Shown piece after piece: positions 8,588 through 17,060 of a DNA stretch of 29,813 nucleotides. How positions within the stretch are numbered: the stretch's first letter is position 1; every line of letters begins with the position of its first letter. The stretch is from Nitrospinota bacterium (lineage in GTDB: Bacteria; UBA8248): positions 1 to 29,813 of the forward strand of contig JAYGFR010000071.1 in assembly GCA_046581755.1 (NCBI GenBank), read 5' to 3'. Under the pieces are notes generated by a model, which searched no databases, had not been told where the DNA came from, and saw only the letters and a list, made by a program, of their open reading frames with translations. The translations under genes were made by a program, and so were the position numbers.

Positions 8588-9490
8588 TTATCTCCACATA
8601 TATTGTAGCATGGGTGGGGAACCTCCCAAATAGGAGGTGGCCCCGCCCGGGAACCAATCCAGGAACGATCGATTCAACAATGTCCATATACTGCGTCTGG
8701 GTTGGATCTCCAGAAGCTTGGGTTCACCGGTTATTTTGGCATACCGGGCCGCTTCCATAGCAGCATCCCATTGGCTCCCCAATTCGTCCACCAAACCCAG
8801 TTTTTTCGCCCGCTCTCCGCTAAATACGCTCCCGTCGGCAATTTTCTTGGCTTTTTCAAACGGCATGTGGCGCCCCTTGGAAACGGCCATCACAAACTGC
8901 GTGTACGTATCGTCGATCAGACGCTGAAAAATTTCCCGATCCGAATCCGTCAACGTCCGCAAGGGAGAGCCGATATCCTTGAACGGAGCACTCTTGATGA
9001 TGGTGAATCTCAGGCCCAGCGTATCCAACATTTTTTCAGCGTTGGGCAGAACAATCACAACCCCGATGCTCCCCGTGACTGTACCGGGATACGAGTAAAT
9101 TTTATCGGCCGCCGAAGCGATGTAGTAGCCCCCCGAAGCCGCCACGCTTCCCAGTGAGGCCACCACCTTGCGGCCGGAACGGCGGAAGCGGAGAATCTCA
9201 CGGTAAATTTCCTGCGTCGGGCCAACCGCCCCGCCCGGACTGTCTACCCGGAGCAACAAGGATTTCACCCGGGGGTTGCGGCGGAGTTTCGTCAAGCTCC
9301 TCACCGTGCTTGTCGCGTCGAAAATGCCTCCTTTGATTCGGACAAACCCAACCACATCCCGATTGCCGTCATATCTCTCGCCCCCATTGGAGTATTCATT
9401 GATGAGGCGAGAGATGCCAAACAAGCCCAGGAAAATGACCCCGAACAATCCTATGGCCATCCAAAAGCCAGGAGTTTTCCATCTCTTCAT
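8588..9490 (-). CDS. sppA: Signal peptide peptidase SppA (short form, S49)
   Basis: N-terminal TM helix, LRVDSPGG, VAASGGYYIA, TGSIGV, KSAPFKD, GLVDELG. Start ATG 9490 (or GTG 9493). Confidence 0.93.
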   Translation of the reverse strand: MKRWKTPGFWMAIGLFGVIFLGLFGISRLINEYSNGGERYDGNRDVVGFVRIKGGIFDATSTVRSLTKLRRNPRVKSLLLRVDSPGGAVGPTQEIYREILRFRRSGRKVVASLGSVAASGGYYIASAADKIYSYPGTVTGSIGVVIVLPNAEKMLDTLGLRFTIIKSAPFKDIGSPLRTLTDSDREIFQRLIDDTYTQFVMAVSKGRHMPFEKAKKIADGSVFSGERAKKLGLVDELGSQWDAAMEAARYAKITGEPKLLEIQPRRSIWTLLNRSFLDWFPGGATSYLGGSPPMLQYMWR

Positions 9491-9517
9491 CACTCACCCC
9501 ATGGCGATTTGATAATT

Positions 9518-11416
9518 CTAGGCGTCTGAACTTTCGGCCTCTTTATCCTCAGCCTGCCCGGGCGCCGCTTCCGCAACCGCAGCACCCGCCGATTCCGCAC
9601 CGTTCGCCGCCTCGTCCTTCTCTTTTTCCTTGACTTCATCTGACGCCGCTTGCGCGCCGTCCGCCGCCTTGTCCTTCTCTTTTTCCTTGATTTCATCGGA
9701 CGCCGGTGGCGCGGGCTCGGGACCCCGCCTCAAGAGGGCATCTTCTCCAGTGGCTTCGACATAGGCCCGGATGCTCAAACCCAGCTTTCGTTGTTCGGCC
9801 TCAATTTTAATCACCCGCATCTTGTAGATATCGCCCACGCGAACAACATCCTCGGGCTTGTTCACCTTTTCGGTTCTGATCTCTGAGATATGGACCAGGC
9901 CCTCTAGTTCCTCTTCGGGAGCTGCGAAGATGCCGAAGTTGGTAATTTTCGTTACCTCGGCCTCCACGTCGTCACCGACGCCATACCGCATTTTAATATC
10001 CGCCCAGGGATCTTTCGTCAGTTGCTTCACCCCCAGGGAGAGGCGCTCCTTCCCGACATCCACACTCAACACAACCGCTTCCACCTCATCCCCCTTTTTC
10101 AGGACCTCGGATGGATGCTTGTAGCGCTGGGTCCAGGAGATATCGGAAATGTGAATCAGCCCGTCGATGCTCTCTTCGAGCGCGACAAAAGCTCCGAACT
10201 CGGTCAGATTCCGAATTTGACCGCTTACCCGCGAACCGACGGGATACTTCTCCTCCACCTCGGTCCACGGATTGGATTCCACCTGCTTCATGCCCAGCGA
10301 TATCCGGCGGGCTTCCTTGTCCAGGCTCAATACCACCGCCTCGACGATGTCTCCGATGGTGACGATTTTCGATGGATGCCGGTTGCGGCGCGTCCAGGAC
10401 ATTTCGGAGATATGAACCAAACCCTCAACGCCCGGCTCCAACTCGACAAACGCGCCGTAGTCGGTGATCGAAACGATTCGACCTCGGACGCGCCCGGTTT
10501 CCGGGTATTTAATCTCCACCCCCTCCCAAGGATCGGGGGTAATCTGCTTATGACCCAACGATACGCGCTCACGCTCTTTGTCGAATTTCAGAACGGTCAC
10601 CTTGACCGTATCGCCAATCGAGAGAAGCTCGCTCGGATGGCTCACGCGCCCCCAAGACAAATCCGTGATGTGGAGAAGTCCGTCGATTCCGCCCAAATCG
10701 ATGAAGGCGCCGTAGTCGGTGATGTTCTTCACCACGCCCACCCTTTGGAGGCCCTCCTCCAGGTTGGCCAGCGTTTCTCGCTTCATTTCTGAACGCTCGG
10801 CCTCAAGCAGGACCCTTCGCGAAAGAACGATATTGCCCCGTTTCCGGTTCAATTTGATAATTTTCAAGTCAAATGATTGACCAATGAACTGATCGAGATT
10901 TCGAACGGGCCGAAGGTCTACTTGCGAGCCGGGCAAAAATGATTTCAAGCCGATATCGACGGTCAGGCCGCCCTTGATGCGAGCCACGACCCGGCCCGAT
11001 ACGGTCTCTTCGTTATCGTATGCGCGGATGATTTCGTCCCACACTTTAATCCGGTTGGCCTTTTCCTTCGAGAGGACGATTCGTCCGTCTTCATCCTCTC
11101 GGGCCTCGACATAAACTTCCACTGTGTCGCCCGGGCCAATACTCCTGCCTCGGTCCGGAAACTCGCGTCTCGAAACAAAGCCTTCGGATTTGTATCCAAC
11201 ATCAACGAGGAAATAATCACTTTCAACGCGGACCACTTTTCCGTTGATAATTTCGCCATCTTTTATCGGGTCGAGCGTGGAAGCGTAGAGGGCTTCCATC
11301 TGCTCGAAAGTAAGGGTGTCCGGATCCTGTTCATCCAGAACGGCCTGGAGCTCCTCGGCGGATACTTCGTCGGCTTCATCAACGGGCGAAGGTGATTGGG
11401 ATGGAATATCAGTCAT
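9518..11416 (-). CDS. rpsA: 30S ribosomal protein S1
   Basis: Six S1 domains (VDVGYKSEG, FLPGSQVD, YGAFIDLGGIDGLLHITDLSW, EGLVHISEMSW, DGLIHISDISW, EGLVHISE) and an acidic C-terminal tail. Confidence 0.97.
   Translation of the reverse strand: MTDIPSQSPSPVDEADEVSAEELQAVLDEQDPDTLTFEQMEALYASTLDPIKDGEIINGKVVRVESDYFLVDVGYKSEGFVSRREFPDRGRSIGPGDTVEVYVEAREDEDGRIVLSKEKANRIKVWDEIIRAYDNEETVSGRVVARIKGGLTVDIGLKSFLPGSQVDLRPVRNLDQFIGQSFDLKIIKLNRKRGNIVLSRRVLLEAERSEMKRETLANLEEGLQRVGVVKNITDYGAFIDLGGIDGLLHITDLSWGRVSHPSELLSIGDTVKVTVLKFDKERERVSLGHKQITPDPWEGVEIKYPETGRVRGRIVSITDYGAFVELEPGVEGLVHISEMSWTRRNRHPSKIVTIGDIVEAVVLSLDKEARRISLGMKQVESNPWTEVEEKYPVGSRVSGQIRNLTEFGAFVALEESIDGLIHISDISWTQRYKHPSEVLKKGDEVEAVVLSVDVGKERLSLGVKQLTKDPWADIKMRYGVGDDVEAEVTKITNFGIFAAPEEELEGLVHISEIRTEKVNKPEDVVRVGDIYKMRVIKIEAEQRKLGLSIRAYVEATGEDALLRRGPEPAPPASDEIKEKEKDKAADGAQAASDEVKEKEKDEAANGAESAGAAVAEAAPGQAEDKEAESSDA
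9596..9705. repeat. 57-bp-period tandem duplication in the rpsA 3' tail
   Basis: 9596-9648 and 9653-9705 match at 48 of 53 nt. They encode ASDEIKEKEKDKAADGA and ASDEVKEKEKDEAANGA. Confidence 0.9.
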
Positions 11417-11448
11417 TCGATTACTTAACCTCGCAAAAACGGGAAAAG

Positions 11449-11498
11449 ACCTCTCAGACCGCCCGGGGCCCCTATCCCCAAGCAGCCGCTGAAGAGGT
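11449..11498 (-). promoter_or_regulatory. Long stem-loop in the rpsA 5' leader
   Basis: The minus strand ACCUC(U)UCAG...GCUGCUUGGGG pairs with CCCCGGGCGGU-CUGAGAGGU. A pyrimidine tract and a GAGGU SD follow. Confidence 0.55.
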
Positions 11499-11515
11499 GC
11501 GACATGGAAAAGATA

Positions 11516-11544
11516 AACCTACGACACAGAAGCGGATGTGTCAA
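11516..11544 (-). promoter_or_regulatory. Putative sigma70 promoter for rpsA
   Basis: Perfect TTGACA (11544-11539), 17-nt spacer, TAGGTT (11521-11516), just downstream of the cmk stop. Confidence 0.6.
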
Positions 11545-11550
11545 GACAAC

Positions 11551-12264
11551 TCACGCAAGGTCAATGAGTTGGCCATATTCACGACTGATGTTCTCTAGCA
11601 TGGCATGGAGGACTTCGTCAATGGAAAGTTTGGTTGTGTCTAGCCGTATAGCGTCCTTTGCGGGCTTCAGCGGGGCTTCTTTGCGCTTGCGGTCCCGTTC
11701 GTCCCGCTCCCGTAGGTTGGCTCCGAGACAATTGGGGTCAAAATCGGCCCCTTTTCTCCGCAATTCGTTGATTCGGCGCTGAATCCGGACCTCGATATCG
11801 GCATCCATGAAGAATTTGAGGCGGGCTTCGGGGAAAACCACTGTCCCGATATCCCTGCCATCGAGGACAGCACCGCGTTTTCGGCCAAAACTGCGCTGAA
11901 ACAAGAGCAATGCCCTCCTCACGCCGTGATGCGCGGAAACCTTTGAGGCAGCGTCACTTATGTGCTCTATCCGCAATTCTTTGGTGGCATCCCGCCCATC
12001 GAGAAAATTCCGCCACCCCTCGGTCGTCTTTCGGCACTCAAAGCGCAGATTTTCGGCGTGAAAAGTGGCCTCATCCCGGTTATCCGGGTCCCCTCCCGCC
12101 TCGAGCACGCTCAGGCCCACCGCGCGGTAGAGGGCCCCGGTTTCCAGATAATCCCACCCCAGGCGATCAGCGATGGCCTTTGCTACCGTGCTTTTGCCCG
12201 ATCCCGCCGGACCGTCGATCGGAATGACGATTTCAGCCCCGCTGGAATGCAATCGGCTCATCAC
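11551..12264 (-). CDS. cmk: Cytidylate kinase
   Basis: IDGPAGSGKST, TGALYRA, ASKVS, DGRDIGTVVFP, RDERD, APLKPA. Upstream of rpsA; ATGA overlap with tyrA. Confidence 0.95.
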   Translation of the reverse strand: MMSRLHSSGAEIVIPIDGPAGSGKSTVAKAIADRLGWDYLETGALYRAVGLSVLEAGGDPDNRDEATFHAENLRFECRKTTEGWRNFLDGRDATKELRIEHISDAASKVSAHHGVRRALLLFQRSFGRKRGAVLDGRDIGTVVFPEARLKFFMDADIEVRIQRRINELRRKGADFDPNCLGANLRERDERDRKRKEAPLKPAKDAIRLDTTKLSIDEVLHAMLENISREYGQLIDLA

Positions 12265-13127
12265 GACCAGCCTTTCTCGCGAAGCCAGTCGTCACGCCCC
12301 TTTTTCGCCCTCCGATAGGCCGTTTCGAGCGCCTCGCCATCTCGGACCTCCACCGCACGCCGCAGATCGGCTAGAGTCTCCTCAAAGGCCGTCAACGAAT
12401 CCAGGAGCGCCTCTCGGTTGTCGAGGCTGATGTCCCGCCACATCTCGGGGTTGCTGGAGGCGATTCGCGTGAAATCCCGAAACCCGCCGGCCGCGTAGGG
12501 CACTCCACCCCCATCGAGAGCCATATTGACGAGCGCGTAGGCAACCAGGTGAGGCAGGTGGCTGATATCGGCGAGAATCCGGTCATGGCGCTCGGGCTCG
12601 ATAATATCCACATGGGCGCCCACACCCTCCCACAAGGCCTTGAGCGCCTCCACCGCCTCGGGAGAGGAGGAGGCTGTGGGCGTGAGGATGGTCCGGTGAT
12701 TTTCATACAGTGTGGAAAAGCTCGCCTCGACCCCGGAATGTTCGGTCCCGGCGATGGGATGTCCCCCGACAAATCGAATCGTGTCGAGATCCATCTCTTC
12801 GATAGCCCTGACAAACGGTCCTTTCACGCTGCCCACATCGGTAAGAACCGCATTCTGCTCCATGGCGGGCAGAATATTCCGAACGATATCCACCGCCGCC
12901 TGAACGGGCGTGCAAACCACCACGAGATCCGAACCCCGGACCGCCTCGCGGTGGTCGGTCTCGATCCGGTCAACAACCCCAAGGGATAATGCTTTTTCGA
13001 TATTTTCCCGGCTTCGGCCAGCGCCCACAACCCGGGCAACCAGCCCCTTCTCCCTCGCGGCGCGCGCCAGCGAGCCTCCGATGAGGCCCACACCTATGAC
13101 GGTCATTTGCTGAAATTTCAAGCTCAT
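12261..13127 (-). CDS. tyrA: Prephenate/arogenate dehydrogenase
   Basis: GVGLIGGSLA, TDVGSVK, GGHPIAGTE, HDRILADISHLPH, GFRDFTRIASSNPEMW. Confidence 0.95.
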   Translation of the reverse strand: MSLKFQQMTVIGVGLIGGSLARAAREKGLVARVVGAGRSRENIEKALSLGVVDRIETDHREAVRGSDLVVVCTPVQAAVDIVRNILPAMEQNAVLTDVGSVKGPFVRAIEEMDLDTIRFVGGHPIAGTEHSGVEASFSTLYENHRTILTPTASSSPEAVEALKALWEGVGAHVDIIEPERHDRILADISHLPHLVAYALVNMALDGGGVPYAAGGFRDFTRIASSNPEMWRDISLDNREALLDSLTAFEETLADLRRAVEVRDGEALETAYRRAKKGRDDWLREKGWS

Positions 13128-13192
13128 CCTTTTGAATCTTTCTCCAAGAATGGGGGTATCGCGATCTTTCAGGCTAATTTTCGCCGGGCCGG

Positions 13193-14293
13193 TTATTCTC
13201 CGCGCCGGTTATCCAGCACGGCGGACAGCGCCTCGATGACCCTCTGGTTTTCCTCGGGGGTCCCGATCGAGATGCGCACATGGTTCGGAAAGCCGTATCC
13301 GCCGACCGGCCGGACGATGACCCCCTCGCGGAGCAGCGCCTCATAGGTCTCCATCCCCTCGCCCACCTCGGCCATCATGAAATTCCCTTGAGTGGGCACA
13401 AATGGGATGCCGAGCCTGGCCAACTCGCGGACGAAATACTCGCGCCCCTCGGCGTTGACGCTCACGGTCCGCCGGACATGCTCCTCATCGCCGAGGGCCG
13501 CTTCGGCCCCGGCGAGAGCCAGCGAGTTGACGTTGAACGGCTCGCGAACCTTGTTGACGATCTCGGCCAATTCGGGCCGGGCGATTCCGTATCCGACCCG
13601 CAGGCCCGCGAGGCCGTAAACCTTCGAAAACGTCCGTAGTGTCACCACGTTCGGATACTGGGCGATCATTTTCGAGGTATCCGGATAATCCTCACGGTGG
13701 GCATACTGGAAATAGGCCTCATCCACAACAGCCAGCGTATGCCCGGGCAACCCCTCGATAAACTTTCGAAGGGCCGCCTCTTCCACCGCGGTGCCTGTGG
13801 GATTGTTCGGATTTGCGATAAAAACCGCTTTCGTTCGATCGCAAACAAGCCCGGCCATAGCATCCAGGTCGTGGGCATAATCCCGCATCGGCGCTTTTCG
13901 AATCTCGCACTCGGAAAGCTGGGAGACAATAAGATAGACGATGAAAGCGCCCTCGGAAATTATGACCGGATCGTCGGGATTTAAAAAAGCGTGTGCGATG
14001 TTTTCGAGCACCTCGTTCGTTCCGTTCCCGAGAGTAAAATGCTCCGGCGTGAGGCCGTGAAATTCGGCCAACGCGCGCTTGAGGTAAAATCCGCCCCCGT
14101 CCGGATAGCGGTGGATGCCCCCCAGCGCGCCCCGAGCAGCCTCCAGTGCCTTGGGCGAGGGGCCAAGTGGGTTTTCATTCGAGGCGACCTTAATCGAGTC
14201 CGTCAGGCCAAGCTCACGCTCAAGTTCCTCGACAGGTTTTCCCGGCTGGTAGACGATAATATCTCTGGCGGGCCGGGAGGTCTTGATTTCCAT
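13193..14293 (-). CDS. hisC: Histidinol-phosphate/aromatic amino acid aminotransferase
   Basis: YQPGKP, ASNENP, RYPD, NPNNPTG, DEAY, RTFSKVYGLAGLRVGY, RISIG. Confidence 0.95.
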   Translation of the reverse strand: MEIKTSRPARDIIVYQPGKPVEELERELGLTDSIKVASNENPLGPSPKALEAARGALGGIHRYPDGGGFYLKRALAEFHGLTPEHFTLGNGTNEVLENIAHAFLNPDDPVIISEGAFIVYLIVSQLSECEIRKAPMRDYAHDLDAMAGLVCDRTKAVFIANPNNPTGTAVEEAALRKFIEGLPGHTLAVVDEAYFQYAHREDYPDTSKMIAQYPNVVTLRTFSKVYGLAGLRVGYGIARPELAEIVNKVREPFNVNSLALAGAEAALGDEEHVRRTVSVNAEGREYFVRELARLGIPFVPTQGNFMMAEVGEGMETYEALLREGVIVRPVGGYGFPNHVRISIGTPEENQRVIEALSAVLDNRRGE

Positions 14294-14320
14294 TAATTTC
14301 TCCGGTTCTTCTGCACGGCA

Positions 14321-15142
14321 TCAGCCAAGAGAGGGATACGATCCGAGAAGCCGGAGGAATTCCACCTTCTCTTCCAATTCCGCTATAGCCTCAGCCAGGA
14401 TGGGATCATCGATATGTCCTTCGATATCCATGAAGAAAATATAGTCCCAGGCCCGCCTCCGGGAGGGGCGGGATTCGATCTTCGTCATGTTGAGTCCCCG
14501 CCCGGCGATTGGCGCCAGGGCATGGTAGAGCGCCCCCGGCTCGTTTCGAAGCACAAAGAGAAGGCTCGTACCCGAGCGCTCCGCCGGCGGGGCGGCCTCT
14601 TTGCCAAGGACGAAAAACCGGGTCACGTTGATGCTCTCTGTGTCCAGCTTCCGGACCATCACCTCAAGGCCATATTTTTTTGCAGCCATCGAGCTGCCCA
14701 GGGCGGCCAGCTCGGAATTCTTGTCCGCTTCCTGAGCCGCCAGCGATGTGCTCGCCACCTCCTCGACGGCAACGTCAGGCAAATTTTCGTGGAGCCAGCG
14801 TCGGCATTGGGCCACCGCATGGGGATGGCTGAGAACGCGGGCGATCTTCCCAAGCTCCCCGGCGTTGGTCAGTAAATGAATATCAATGGGAAGCGAGACC
14901 TCTCCCACGATGAGCAGGGGTGAATCGATGAGCCGGTCCAGGGTGATGTTGACGGTGCCCTCCAGGGCGTTTTCCACCGGAGCCACGCCCATGTCCGAGC
15001 GCCCCGCCTCCGTTTCCTCGAACACCGAGGCGATCGTGGGCGCGGAGATAAACTCCGCCTCCTCGCCGAAATGGCGTATCGCCGCCTCGTGCGTGAACGT
15101 TGCTTCAGGACCCAAAAAACTCACCCGGGGACGATCGGCCAT
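14321..15142 (-). CDS. pheA: Prephenate dehydratase (PDT + ACT domains, no chorismate mutase domain)
   Basis: FLGPEATFTHEAA, PVENALEG, SHPHAVAQC, NVTRF, PGALY, NMTKIESRP, LLGSYP. Confidence 0.93.
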   Translation of the reverse strand: MADRPRVSFLGPEATFTHEAAIRHFGEEAEFISAPTIASVFEETEAGRSDMGVAPVENALEGTVNITLDRLIDSPLLIVGEVSLPIDIHLLTNAGELGKIARVLSHPHAVAQCRRWLHENLPDVAVEEVASTSLAAQEADKNSELAALGSSMAAKKYGLEVMVRKLDTESINVTRFFVLGKEAAPPAERSGTSLLFVLRNEPGALYHALAPIAGRGLNMTKIESRPSRRRAWDYIFFMDIEGHIDDPILAEAIAELEEKVEFLRLLGSYPSLG

Positions 15143-15278
15143 AATTTTCTCCCGTCAACGGGGGATTAGGCACTCTAAGGAATTGTCCCAGACGCCGCGC
15201 CGAGCGAAACTAACGCGCAAACCCAACGGGACAACGATACCACATCGCCTCCCGGACACCCCCCGCACCGGGAGTCGC

Positions 15279-16169
15279 CTAGAGGTAGGTATTGAACCAG
15301 GCGACCGCCTCCTTCATCCCGATTTCATGAAGGTCCGGCCGAACGAAATAATAGGATTCGTAGTGCTGCGCACCCGGGAGCTTCACAAGTTTCTTAGGCT
15401 CTCCACAGGCTTCGTAGCAGGCAAGCTGCTGATCGACGGGAACGAGCATGTCGTTTTCCGAATAAATGATCATGACCGGCCGCGGGGCAATGCGGTCCGC
15501 CACCCATTCGGGCTTATAGCGCCAGCAGGCCTCGGCGCTCTCCAAATCGTAGCCGCCCACATAACGGCCGTCCTTTTGGTGATGCTCCCGAATGACTCTT
15601 TCGGTGTGCGGATCGCAGAGCATGATCTCCGTCAAGGGGACCTCGGTCTTTTTGCCTGAAGTCACCCTCGTCCGGGCGGCTTCACCGACTTTTTTCCGAA
15701 ATGAAACCCATTCGTGGGGCCTGCGGACCGAGCGCATCCAGCGCTCCCCCTCGAACACGCCCACCGATGTCACAACCACCTTGACGCGCTCGTCAAACGC
15801 CGCTACCCAAATGGCGTTCGCCCCGCCGAAACTCGTCCCGTAAATTCCGATGCGGGCCGGGTCCACGCTCTCAATCGTTTCCAAGAATGAGATGGCGTCA
15901 TAGGTATCTTGGGCCTGCTCCAGCGGACGGTGCCGTCCGCGCTCCCCCTCGCTGACCCCGAACCCGCGGTGATCGAGCGCCAGGATGAAATACCCCTCCT
16001 CGCAAAGACGCCGGGGAACATCCAGCCCGTAGACGTCCTTCATGCCGCTGTACCCGTGGAGAGAGATGATCGCAGCCCGGGGGGCGCCGCCCACCTTCCA
16101 GTCTTTCGGCCGGTAGAGGTAGGCGGCGATTTTCAACCCTTCACTGAAATAGCTGACTTCTTCATACAT
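15279..16169 (-). CDS. Alpha/beta-fold hydrolase of unknown substrate
   Basis: Oxyanion LHGY, DHRGFG, nucleophile GTSFGG, acid ENDMLVP, histidine AQHY. Confidence 0.88.
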   Translation of the reverse strand: MYEEVSYFSEGLKIAAYLYRPKDWKVGGAPRAAIISLHGYSGMKDVYGLDVPRRLCEEGYFILALDHRGFGVSEGERGRHRPLEQAQDTYDAISFLETIESVDPARIGIYGTSFGGANAIWVAAFDERVKVVVTSVGVFEGERWMRSVRRPHEWVSFRKKVGEAARTRVTSGKKTEVPLTEIMLCDPHTERVIREHHQKDGRYVGGYDLESAEACWRYKPEWVADRIAPRPVMIIYSENDMLVPVDQQLACYEACGEPKKLVKLPGAQHYESYYFVRPDLHEIGMKEAVAWFNTYL

Positions 16170-16223
16170 GAAAGAGCCTCCGCAAAAAAAAGGGCCATGA
16201 GCGGCTCACCACATCCAGCGCCA

Positions 16224-17060
16224 TCAAGCTTCCAGTCCGCGCAGTTCTTTGAGCAAGGCCTCCGGAGAAGGCGCGCGCATGAGCGATTCACCCACCAGCA
16301 CCGCATCCACCCCCGCCTCGGCGAGCGGGGCAACCTCCTTCCAGCCAAAGATTCCACTTTCCGCGACAAACACCAAATGCCCAAGCTTATCCTTGGGAAT
16401 CAGGGAATGGATCTTGAGGGTGTGGCCGGAATCCACCTCAAATGTCCTGAGGTCACGGTTGTTGACACCAAATATCCGGGCGCCAGAGACAAGCACTTTT
16501 TCCACCTCCTCCTCGGCATACACCTCGACTAGGGCGTCCATGCCCAACTCCTCCGCCTGGCATCGCAGATCCTCCAGCGCGGCCTGCTCCAAAATGGCAG
16601 CGATGAGCAAAACCGCATCACCACCCGCCTCGCGGGCCTCGAAGACCTGATAGGGATCGAAAATGAAATCCTTGCGGAGAAGCGGAAGGTCCACGGCGGA
16701 CCGGACGGCGCGGAGATCGTTGATGCTCCCCCGGAACTTCCGCCGTTCGGTCAGAACGGATACGGCGGCAGCACCTCCCTCGGCATAGCGGAGAGCCACC
16801 TCTGCCGGATTGGCTTCTTCTGAAATCGCTCCCTGAGAGGGGGAGGCGCGCTTGATTTCGGCGATGACCTGAATTCGGCCGCCCCCCCCACTGGCATCCT
16901 GTGCCGGGCGGCGAATTCCCGCGCCGAAATCCTGCGTCTCCAGCATATCAGCGGTCCGGGAGCGGAGCTCCCCAATCGGCAGCCTGCCGCGCGCACTCGC
17001 CATATCTTCCCGGACGCCCTCAACGAGATCGTCCAGAACAGTCTTGGTGCGAATGGTCAT
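16224..17060 (-). CDS. trpC: Indole-3-glycerol phosphate synthase
   Basis: IAEIKRASPSQG, SVLTE, LRKDF, GVNNRDL, AESGI, LVGESLM. Confidence 0.96.
   Translation of the reverse strand: MTIRTKTVLDDLVEGVREDMASARGRLPIGELRSRTADMLETQDFGAGIRRPAQDASGGGGRIQVIAEIKRASPSQGAISEEANPAEVALRYAEGGAAAVSVLTERRKFRGSINDLRAVRSAVDLPLLRKDFIFDPYQVFEAREAGGDAVLLIAAILEQAALEDLRCQAEELGMDALVEVYAEEEVEKVLVSGARIFGVNNRDLRTFEVDSGHTLKIHSLIPKDKLGHLVFVAESGIFGWKEVAPLAEAGVDAVLVGESLMRAPSPEALLKELRGLEA

Noticed and set aside
9596..9705. Repeat as a CRISPR-like or mobile-element signature
   Set aside because: There are only two in-frame copies, inside the rpsA coding tail, with no spacers and no cas or transposase genes.
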